Origin: Fidelibacterota bacterium
Lineage (GTDB): Bacteria > Fidelibacterota > Marinisomatia > Marinisomatales > TCS56
Length of the DNA stretch: 12,514 nucleotides
Direction: 5' to 3'
NCBI GenBank assembly: GCA_043822705.1
Contig: JBDRBK010000003.1
Span: 1 to 12,514 of the forward strand
In this document: positions 5,298 to 12,514 of the stretch, in pieces
How the letters are laid out: every line of letters begins with the position of its first letter
Numbering within the stretch: the stretch's first letter is position 1
The notes under the pieces: generated by a model
The model's input: the letters and a program-made list of their open reading frames with translations, nothing else
Databases searched by the model: none
What the model was told of the DNA's origin: nothing
Program-made: the position numbers and the translations under genes

Positions 5298-7199
5298 TCA
5301 GGGCATCAAGGCCGCCGGCGCAATAACGGTATCGCCGTGGAAGAAACCCCGTTCGATAAATTTCTGACGATGGTATTCCAGAATCCGTAATCCACTGTTG
5401 ACATTATTGCCGTTCAGAAACGAAACATTTTGCGTCCGGCCGATATACTGGTCGATCGAAGCCAGGCGGTCGCGGCAGGCGGCCCGCGATGTCAGATCCG
5501 CCGGCTGTAGATTAGCCAGCAACAAGCCGCTTTCCAGCCCCAGGTAGTAAAACCGACTGTCATAAACTTCCTCATCGGGTATTTCAACTTCCGCTTGATC
5601 GGCGGGCATCAGAAAATTTGATACGAAGATCATGCCTTCCAGGTGCGGTCCGATGATATCCTGTCCCAGGATTTCCAAGTCCAGCCAGTTTTCATTCCCG
5701 ATCAACCGGGTTTCCAGGTTATAGGAGGGAAATTGCGTTCCCAGGTACTGAATATGCCCGGGATGAATCGGCAGATAAATGCCCTGGATCGTCGACAGTT
5801 CGATTTTGGCGGAATCGGCGCCGGTGGCCGGTTTATCATCCGATTCGGGAATGTCAAAAAATATCCCTTCCGATATATCGAACATGGCATCCAGACTGTC
5901 GATTTCCATCCCCAGGTACTGGTCGTACTCGTCTGATTTTTGCAGGCTGAACGCCATTTCGCGCAACGCTGTGAATTGCGGCCGTAGATTATCGGGAATC
6001 CCGCGATACCATTCCACCGCCACCACCTTCTTGCCCTGAGCATCGACTTCGGTTATGAAGGCGTCAGCCAGCGCCTGACCGTACTCGTCGGCCGGCGCCA
6101 ATACCGCCAGACTGTCCAGGTCCAGCGCCTTGGCTGCATAACACCCGGCCAGTCGGCCGCGCATCGCCAGCGTGGAATTCAGCTGAAAGACTTGCCGGCC
6201 GATCGTAGTAAGATTATCCTGGGTGCTGAGCGGTATTAAAATCGGAATATTCAGCTCTTCCGCCGCCGTCGCCGCGGCAATCGAATTGGGCGTGGACAGT
6301 GGTCCCAGCAGCAGTTTGATATTGGGATTGCCGGCACACTGCCGGACCGCCAGCACGCTCTCGACCGCATCGCTGTTATTGTCATGGATCGACACCGCGA
6401 CGATCACCCCCCGGGCCTTCAATTCTTCCACGGCCCGGTTGAACCCGCGCAGGAACAGCTTCCCGTCGGGCGCATCCTTGCCGCTCAACGGCAGCACCAG
6501 TCCGGCGGAAATCACGGTCGCCTCTGGTTGATAGGTCTGGCGCAGGATTGTCTGATAAGTTTCCTTGTAAGCCGCCGGCGGTCCCGCGCGGCCGATCCGT
6601 GCCAGAGCGGCCGCCGCCTCATCGGGTTTGGCGGCGAGCAGTAATGAAAATGCTTCGGCAATGGTCAATATGGCGCGATTGTCGGTATTGCCCTCAATAT
6701 TCAGAATAGTGCGGATTTCGGCGACCGGCACACCCAGCGCGACGATCCTGATCAGCCGTGAGTCAATCTGCTCGAGCATGGCAGCCTGATTGCCGGCGCG
6801 GCGGGCGGCCAGATACATCCGCAGCGCCTGATTCGGCTGACCGGCGGTCACGGCGATATCGCCGAAACAGAGATTAACATCTTTCAGATACGAACTGGTG
6901 GGAAAGTCGTTGAAAAACTGTCGTCCGGCCTTGCGTGCCGGCTCGATATTCCCCGCATGATACTCCGATTTCATCAGCATCATCAGACTGGCCGGTACCA
7001 GTTCCGGGGCCTCGGACTGAACCAGTTTCCGGAAAACACCGGCCGCATTGGCGTAGCGGCCTTCGTTGAACGCCTCCACCCCGCGTTGGAATCGTTCCTG
7101 CTCGGAACGGCCGCCAAACAGGCCGAACTGACCGAAAACGGCGGTCAGACTAACTACGCTAATCAAAATTAATTTTAATGCTTTATTCAACGGTAACAC
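5298..7199 (-). CDS. Exported protein with N-terminal TPR-like helices and a C-terminal type-I periplasmic-binding-protein fold (LpoA/LppC-like), about 630 aa
   Basis: Signal peptide NKALKLILISVVSLTAVFG|Q. TPR/BamD-like segment FQRGVEAFNEGRYANAAGVF...FFNDFPTSSY. PBP1 motifs AGLVLPLSG, LLGPLST, LAVLAPADEYGQALADAF and VVAVEWY. The start is either GTG 7199 or TTG 7190; both overlap the glmS end. Confidence 0.75.
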   Translation of the reverse strand: MLPLNKALKLILISVVSLTAVFGQFGLFGGRSEQERFQRGVEAFNEGRYANAAGVFRKLVQSEAPELVPASLMMLMKSEYHAGNIEPARKAGRQFFNDFPTSSYLKDVNLCFGDIAVTAGQPNQALRMYLAARRAGNQAAMLEQIDSRLIRIVALGVPVAEIRTILNIEGNTDNRAILTIAEAFSLLLAAKPDEAAAALARIGRAGPPAAYKETYQTILRQTYQPEATVISAGLVLPLSGKDAPDGKLFLRGFNRAVEELKARGVIVAVSIHDNNSDAVESVLAVRQCAGNPNIKLLLGPLSTPNSIAAATAAEELNIPILIPLSTQDNLTTIGRQVFQLNSTLAMRGRLAGCYAAKALDLDSLAVLAPADEYGQALADAFITEVDAQGKKVVAVEWYRGIPDNLRPQFTALREMAFSLQKSDEYDQYLGMEIDSLDAMFDISEGIFFDIPESDDKPATGADSAKIELSTIQGIYLPIHPGHIQYLGTQFPSYNLETRLIGNENWLDLEILGQDIIGPHLEGMIFVSNFLMPADQAEVEIPDEEVYDSRFYYLGLESGLLLANLQPADLTSRAACRDRLASIDQYIGRTQNVSFLNGNNVNSGLRILEYHRQKFIERGFFHGDTVIAPAALMP

Positions 7200-9021
7200 T
7201 CTTGGCCAGGTTTCTTGGTTGATCGACGTTACAGCCCCGCATGACTGCCAGATAATAGGCCAGTATCTGCAGCGGAATCACCGCCACGATCGGAAATACC
7301 ATCGGGTGCATGTCGCCGACTTCAATGATAAAATCCGACACCGCCGTTAATTCCGGGCAGCGCTTGTCGGTAACCGCTATGATCCGGCCGCGACGCGCCT
7401 TGACCTCGCGGATATTGGAGATAATTTTATCGAAGGTCTGATCGTGCGGGGCAATCACCACCACCGGCATTTTTTCATCGATCAGAGCGATCGGTCCATG
7501 CTTCATTTCAGCCGCCGGGTAGCCCTCGGCATGGATATAAGAGATTTCCTTGCATTTCAGCGCCCCCTCCAGCGCGATCGGGAAATTCAGTCCGCGCCCC
7601 AGGTACAGAAAATTATCGGCGTCCTTATTTTCGCGGGCGCATTCCTCAATCGCCGGGACATTATCCAGGGTGGCCCGTACCAATGTGTCGATCGAATCCA
7701 GGGCGCGGACGATGGCGTCGCCATCGGTGGCGGACATGCCGCAACGGCGCCCTAACAGCAGGGCCAGCATCAGCAGGACCGTCACCTGCGCCGTGAAGGC
7801 TTTAGTCGAAGCCACTCCGATCTCCGGTCCAGCATGGGTGTACACGCCAAAATCGGTCTCGCGGGCGATGGAACTGCCGACCACATTGCAGATGCCCATG
7901 ACCAGGGCACCGTTCTGGTGCGCCTTGCGGATGGCCGCCAGCGTGTCGGCGGTTTCGCCGGACTGGCTGATGGCGATCACCAGCGTATCGGCGTCTACAA
8001 TCGTCTTACGGTAGCGGAATTCCGAGGCATATTCCACGTGCACCGGTATTCCGGCGAATTCCTCCAGCAGATGTTTGCCGATCAAACCGGCATGCCAGGA
8101 AGTGCCGCAGGCTGTGATATAAAAACGATGGGCCTTCTCGATTTTAGGCAGGTATTCGCGGATACCCCCCAAAAAGGCGGTTCCGGCGGCCACCTGCAGG
8201 CGACCACGCATGGTATCCTTGATTGTCCGTTCCTGCTCGTAAATCTCCTTCAGCATGAAATGGGGGAAATTGCCTTTTTCAATCTCTTCCACGCTGAGAT
8301 TGATTTTAGTCGTCGGACGGGAGACGATTCTATCGTCCTTGATCTTGCGAACGGTGTAACCGTCAGTTGTCACCGTCACGATTTCTCCTTCATCCAGATA
8401 GATAACATCGCGGGTATATTCAACGATGGGCGAGGCATCGCTGGCCAGAAAATATTCATTGTCACCGACACCCAGCACCAGCGGGCTGCCGAGGCGTGCC
8501 GCCACCAGCGAGTTCGGTTCGTCTTCGCAGACCGTCACGATACCGTAGGCGCCCACCACCTCCTGCAGGGCGGAACGGACCGCTTCGGAGAAGGAAAGTC
8601 CATTATCATTGTAAATGGCAGAGATCAGTTGCACCAGCACTTCGGTGTCGGTTTCACTGACAAATGTAATCCCCTGATTTCGCAGCGCCTGCCCGAGACT
8701 GCCATAATTCTCGATGATGCCGTTGTGAATCAGGGCGATTTTACCGGTCTGATCGCTATGCGGATGGGCATTGATGTCATTCGGCTCGCCGTGGGTGGCC
8801 CAGCGCGTGTGGGCGATACCGATAGTACCGCTGCAGGGCCGGCTGCCCAAAACCGCCTCCAGGTCCCTGACCTTACCGGCCTTTTTTACGCTGGTCAGAT
8901 GTCCCTGGTTCAGTACCGCCAGCCCGGCCGAATCATAACCCCGGTATTCCAGCCGTTTCAAGCCCTTGATCAGGATCGGAACGGCGTTACGATGCCCCAG
9001 ATAACCGACTATTCCGCACAT
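7183..9021 (-). CDS. glmS: Glutamine--fructose-6-phosphate transaminase (isomerizing), 612 aa
   Basis: MCGIVG N-terminal nucleophile, LEYRGYDSAG, HTRWATHG, HNGIIENY, SQSGETADT, EIGVASTKAF, EMKHGPIAL and terminal PRNLAKSVTVE. A GAGGT SD lies upstream. Confidence 0.99.
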   Translation of the reverse strand: MCGIVGYLGHRNAVPILIKGLKRLEYRGYDSAGLAVLNQGHLTSVKKAGKVRDLEAVLGSRPCSGTIGIAHTRWATHGEPNDINAHPHSDQTGKIALIHNGIIENYGSLGQALRNQGITFVSETDTEVLVQLISAIYNDNGLSFSEAVRSALQEVVGAYGIVTVCEDEPNSLVAARLGSPLVLGVGDNEYFLASDASPIVEYTRDVIYLDEGEIVTVTTDGYTVRKIKDDRIVSRPTTKINLSVEEIEKGNFPHFMLKEIYEQERTIKDTMRGRLQVAAGTAFLGGIREYLPKIEKAHRFYITACGTSWHAGLIGKHLLEEFAGIPVHVEYASEFRYRKTIVDADTLVIAISQSGETADTLAAIRKAHQNGALVMGICNVVGSSIARETDFGVYTHAGPEIGVASTKAFTAQVTVLLMLALLLGRRCGMSATDGDAIVRALDSIDTLVRATLDNVPAIEECARENKDADNFLYLGRGLNFPIALEGALKCKEISYIHAEGYPAAEMKHGPIALIDEKMPVVVIAPHDQTFDKIISNIREVKARRGRIIAVTDKRCPELTAVSDFIIEVGDMHPMVFPIVAVIPLQILAYYLAVMRGCNVDQPRNLAKSVTVE

Positions 9022-9044
9022 TACAACCTCACTATTAAATAATT

Positions 9045-9068
9045 AAAAAACGACACCCCGTCAGTATC
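9045..9068 (-). terminator. Weak candidate intrinsic terminator between guaA and glmS
   Basis: The RNA reads GAUACU-gacgg-GGUGUC-g-UUUUUU: a 6-bp stem with two G-U pairs followed by a U6 tract, 15 nt after the guaA stop. Confidence 0.3.
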
Positions 9069-9083
9069 TCCGAATTGTTTTTG

Positions 9084-10631
9084 CTATTCCCATTCAATTG
9101 TTCCCGGCGGTTTGGAAGTGACATCGTAAACCACCCTGTTGATCCCCTTGACCGAATTTACGATTCGATTGGATATCCGCGACAGTACATCCTGGGGCAT
9201 GCGGTACCAGTCCGCGGTCATGCCATCGGAGCTGACCACGGCCCGCAGGCCCAGCAGGTTTTCATAGGTGCGCTGGTCGCCCATTACGCCGACGGTCTTG
9301 ACCGGAATCAGCACCGAAAAGGCCTGCCAGATTTCAGCGTACAAACCTTCTTCGTGCAGGATATTCAGATAAATTTCATCGGCTTCGCGCAGGATTCGCA
9401 GCCGTTCGGTGGTGATTTCGCCGATGATCCGCACCGCCAGTCCCGGTCCCGGAAACGGATGGCGGCTGATTAATGATTCCGGCAGCCCCAGCTCGCTGCC
9501 GACGCGCCGGACTTCATCCTTGAACAGGTCCTTCAGCGGTTCGATCAATTCGAAATCCATTTTTTCCGGCAGGCCGCCCACATTATGATGTGATTTGATC
9601 ACCGCCGCGGGACCTTTCTTCCGGGTGCCGCTCTCGATAATATCGGGATACAGCGTTCCCTGCGCCAGAAAATCGGCGGCGCCGACCCGGCCGGTGGCAT
9701 CTTCGAAAGCGCGGATGAACTGTTCGCCGATAATCTTGCGCTTCAGTTCCGGCTCGGTGACGCCCCGCAGCCTCGACAGAAAACGTTCTTCCTCGTGAAA
9801 AATATGGATGTTGACGCCCAGCCCGTCCTGCAGGGCGGAAACGCATTGGGTTGCCTCATTCTTACGCAGCAGACCGTGATCGATCATAACAGCCGTCACA
9901 TTCGGCCCCAGCGCCCGGTGCAGGAGCGCCGCCACGACACTGGAATCGACGCCGCCGCTGACGCCACAAATCACCTTTTTGTCACCCACGGTGGCGCGGA
10001 CCTGCTCGACCTGCTCGCGGATAAAATTTCCCGGCGTCCAGTCCGGCGTGCAACCGCAGATCTTGAAAAGAAAATTGTTGATGATGATCGTGCCGTCGAT
10101 GGTGTGGGCCACTTCCGGATGAAACTGGGTGGCGTAGCGCCGCTGGCGGTCATTGCCGATGGCGGCGATGATCCCGTTGGACGATTCCGCCAGAACCTGC
10201 CAATCGCGGGGCAGTTCCACCACCTGGTCCTGATGACTCATCCAGACCTGCGATCCGTCGGCAAAGCCACCAAACAGGGCCGAGCCACCGCGGATCGTGA
10301 TATTGGCAAAGCCATATTCACCGGCGGCCCGGTTTTCGACTTTCCCTCCATGAAAATCGGACAGCAGGTGCAGGCCGTAACAGATTCCCAGGATCGGCAG
10401 CTCGAGTCGGAACAGCTCGCGATCGTATTCCGGCGCCTCCGCCTCGTAGACGCTGGACGGTCCCCCGGACAGGATCAATCCCCGCGGGCGATGCCGTAAT
10501 ATTTCGGTGACGGTTGTGTCGTGCGGTAGAATTTCGGAATAGACATGCTGTTCGCGAATCCGGCGGGCGATCAACTGGGTGTACTGCGATCCGAAATCCA
10601 GAATGATGATACCGCCCCGGCGCACGTTCAT
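9084..10631 (-). CDS. guaA: GMP synthase (glutamine-hydrolyzing), about 515 aa
   Basis: Motifs ILDFGSQYTQLIARRIRE, LSGGPSSV, LGICYG, QFHPEV, SGGVDSS, IKSHHNVGGLP, RHPFPGPGL and terminal TSKPPGTIEWE. I set the start at ATG 10631, which follows a GGGAG SD and forms an ATGA overlap with the surE stop. Confidence 0.99.
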   Translation of the reverse strand: MNVRRGGIIILDFGSQYTQLIARRIREQHVYSEILPHDTTVTEILRHRPRGLILSGGPSSVYEAEAPEYDRELFRLELPILGICYGLHLLSDFHGGKVENRAAGEYGFANITIRGGSALFGGFADGSQVWMSHQDQVVELPRDWQVLAESSNGIIAAIGNDRQRRYATQFHPEVAHTIDGTIIINNFLFKICGCTPDWTPGNFIREQVEQVRATVGDKKVICGVSGGVDSSVVAALLHRALGPNVTAVMIDHGLLRKNEATQCVSALQDGLGVNIHIFHEEERFLSRLRGVTEPELKRKIIGEQFIRAFEDATGRVGAADFLAQGTLYPDIIESGTRKKGPAAVIKSHHNVGGLPEKMDFELIEPLKDLFKDEVRRVGSELGLPESLISRHPFPGPGLAVRIIGEITTERLRILREADEIYLNILHEEGLYAEIWQAFSVLIPVKTVGVMGDQRTYENLLGLRAVVSSDGMTADWYRMPQDVLSRISNRIVNSVKGINRVVYDVTSKPPGTIEWE

Positions 10632-11395
10632 GGCAACTCCCAATTTTGCATTTCCCGTAAATAATCCTCGTCGGTGAGACGGTAGTGGATCGGCGTGATG
10701 CTGATATAATTATCGGTCAGGGCGCGGTGATCGGAATCTTCGTCCAGCTTCGGCTCGAGGATCTGGCCCGTCATCCAGTAATAAACCCGCCCGCGCGGGT
10801 CCTCCCGACGGTCGAAACCTTCCCGGTAATGCAGATCGCCCTGCCGGGTAAACTTGTAGCCCCGGACCTGATCTTCGGCCACATTGGGCACGTTGATATT
10901 CAGCAGCGTCCCGGCGGGCAGGCCATTTTTCAGCACTCGGGCGACGACCGATTCGGCCACCCGGCCGGCCAGCCGGAAATCTGTGGCGGTCAGCGATGCC
11001 AGACTGATGGCGATCGATGGGATGTTTAATAGCGTGCCTTCGGTGGCGGCGGAGACAGTGCCGGAATAAATCAGGCTGGTGCCCACGTTGGCGCCGGAGT
11101 TGATGCCGGAAATCACCAAGTCCGGCTCGCGCTCCATCAGCGCCCGGACGGCGATTTTCACCGAATCGGCCGGCGTCCCGGCGACGGCATAGCCCTTGAA
11201 ACCGTTCTTGCGCTCCACTTTCTGCACGCGAATCGGATCGGACAGGGTTATGGCATGACCGACGGCACTTTTTTCCGTGTCCGGGGCGGCGACAAACACG
11301 TCGCCCAGTTTTATCATCGCCTCCCAGAGGGCGTAAATGCCGGGTGCATAGATACCGTCATCGTTGGTAATCAGGATCAGCGGTCGTTCGTTCAT
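10628..11395 (-). CDS. surE: 5'/3'-nucleotidase SurE, 255 aa
   Basis: Motifs ILITNDDGIYAPGI, GTPADSV, SGINSGANVG, YSGTVSAA, LLNINVP, DPRGRVYYW and ISITPI. ATGA overlap with the accD stop. Confidence 0.98.
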   Translation of the reverse strand: MNERPLILITNDDGIYAPGIYALWEAMIKLGDVFVAAPDTEKSAVGHAITLSDPIRVQKVERKNGFKGYAVAGTPADSVKIAVRALMEREPDLVISGINSGANVGTSLIYSGTVSAATEGTLLNIPSIAISLASLTATDFRLAGRVAESVVARVLKNGLPAGTLLNINVPNVAEDQVRGYKFTRQGDLHYREGFDRREDPRGRVYYWMTGQILEPKLDEDSDHRALTDNYISITPIHYRLTDEDYLREMQNWELP

Positions 11396-12228
11396 TGCAG
11401 GATCGTGATAATCTTGGCCAGCGTCGGTTTGAGTGTTTCTCGGGATACGATGTGATCGATAAACCCTTTTTCCAGTAAAAATTCTGCCCGTTGAAAGCCC
11501 TGGGGTAAATCCTGACCGATGGTCTGCTTGATCACCCGCGGACCGGCAAAGCCGATCAGGGCGCCGGGCTCGGCCAGGATGATATCACCCAGCATGCCAA
11601 AACTGGCGGTCACGCCGCCGGTGGTGGGATCGGTCAGGACCGTGATATATAACCCGCCGTCAGCGGCAAAGCGGGCCAGCCGGGCGCTGGTCTTGGCCAT
11701 CTGCATCAGCGAAAGGGCTCCCTCCTGCATCCGGGCGCCGCCGGAAGCGCAGACGATGATCAAGGGGATTTTCTGCTCCTGCGCCAGGGCGATGCCGCGA
11801 ACAATTTTTTCACCGACCACCGAGCCCATACTGCCGCCGATGAAACTGAAATTCATCACACCCAGCACCACCGGGCGGTTCTCGATCCGGCCCTCGTAAA
11901 ACAGGATCGCTTCCTGATCGCCCGTTTTTTTGACCGCATCGGCTAACTGGGTTGAATAACGTTTGCCGGCTTTGAAATGCAGCGGATCGCCGGATTTGAG
12001 TCCCGTGAACCGGGCCTGGGCGCTGCCGCTGTCCAGGATCAGGTCCACATAGGTATTCGGCCACACCCGGAAATGATGATTACATTTGCGGCAGGTCGAC
12101 AGCAGCCGCTCCAGCTCCGGCTTGTACAGAATTTCCGAACAATTGGGACATTTGATCCACAACCCGTCGGGAATCGACTTTTTCTGAACCGGGTGAATTT
12201 TTTCAATTTTACGTCTGAACCAATCCAT
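11392..12228 (-). CDS. accD: Acetyl-CoA carboxylase carboxyltransferase beta subunit, about 278 aa
   Basis: PDGLWIKCPNC...CRKCNHH zinc ribbon, FIGGSMGSVVGEK, SGGARMQEG, PTTGGVTASF, IGFAGPRVIKQT and FQRAEFLLEKG. The start is ATG 12228 (MDWF) or GTG 12234. Confidence 0.98.
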   Translation of the reverse strand: MDWFRRKIEKIHPVQKKSIPDGLWIKCPNCSEILYKPELERLLSTCRKCNHHFRVWPNTYVDLILDSGSAQARFTGLKSGDPLHFKAGKRYSTQLADAVKKTGDQEAILFYEGRIENRPVVLGVMNFSFIGGSMGSVVGEKIVRGIALAQEQKIPLIIVCASGGARMQEGALSLMQMAKTSARLARFAADGGLYITVLTDPTTGGVTASFGMLGDIILAEPGALIGFAGPRVIKQTIGQDLPQGFQRAEFLLEKGFIDHIVSRETLKPTLAKIITILQ

Positions 12229-12514
12229 AAGCACTGACTTCCTTTACCATCACCAGGGCATCCTCACCGGTATGGTAATATTTTCTTCGGACAGCAATTT
12301 CGCTGAATCCGAATTTTTCATAGAACCGGATCGCCGGTAAATTGGTATCCGCCACTTCGAGAAATACTTTTCTGATGTTGAAACCGTTTAGCCGTTCTAA
12401 AAATGAGCGCATCAACCTTTGCCCGATACCGCGATGCTGGACCGGTAAATCTACAGCCAGATTGTTCAAATTGACTACATCGGCAATCACATGCGCCATC
12501 AAATATCCCATCAA
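12209..12514 (-). CDS. rimI: RimI-like GNAT N-acetyltransferase (ribosomal protein S18 alanine acetyltransferase family), 5' end outside the window
   Basis: NLAV...QHRGIG acetyl-CoA motif A, FLEV..TNLPAIRFYEKFGF and RRKYY..GEDALVM. The frame is open to the window edge. Confidence 0.85.
   Translation of the reverse strand: MMGYLMAHVIADVVNLNNLAVDLPVQHRGIGQRLMRSFLERLNGFNIRKVFLEVADTNLPAIRFYEKFGFSEIAVRRKYYHTGEDALVMVKEVSAYGLVQT

Noticed and set aside
7834..9042. 402-aa plus-strand ORF
   Set aside because: It lies antisense to glmS and has no recognisable motifs, as expected of a shadow ORF in GC-rich coding DNA.
9022..9083. glmS ribozyme upstream of glmS
   Set aside because: The spacer is only 62 bp and shows none of the multi-stem structure needed.
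9999..10017. Short tandem repeat GACCTGCTC x2
   Set aside because: It encodes EQV-EQV within guaA and is a trivial coding duplication.
9075..10499. Plus-strand ORFs of 132, 67 and 234 aa, and the other short alternative-frame or antisense ORFs across the window
   Set aside because: All overlap well-supported genes and show no domain signatures.
12230..12514. Visibly lower GC in rimI (and in the sigma/anti-sigma end) than in guaA, as a possible sign of horizontal transfer
   Set aside because: The segments are short, there are no mobility genes or boundary repeats, and the genes overlap their core neighbours.

Overview
This window is a dense block of 12 co-oriented minus-strand bacterial genes. 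In transcription order they are rimI-like GNAT (5'-truncated), accD, surE, guaA, glmS, an exported TPR + type-I periplasmic-binding-protein (LpoA/LppC-like) gene, pgeF, uppP, a sodium:solute symporter (PutP-like), holA, an ECF sigma factor and a membrane anti-sigma factor. Six of the eleven junctions overlap and the rest are gaps of 91 bp or less, which suggests one long operon or a few linked ones. It looks like core genome: I see no RNA genes, CRISPR array, transposase or integrase. The lineage may be FCB-group-like, but that is a weak inference. I cannot show a wholly new system here. The best leads are (i) a non-lipidated LpoA-like protein with an acidic insertion inside a glmS-pgeF-uppP cell-wall cluster, (ii) an anti-sigma factor whose zinc-binding motif has lost all but one ligand, with its sigma factor overlapping holA, (iii) a PutP-like transporter with altered ligand-site residues, and (iv) a perfect palindrome next to a candidate promoter at the left edge.
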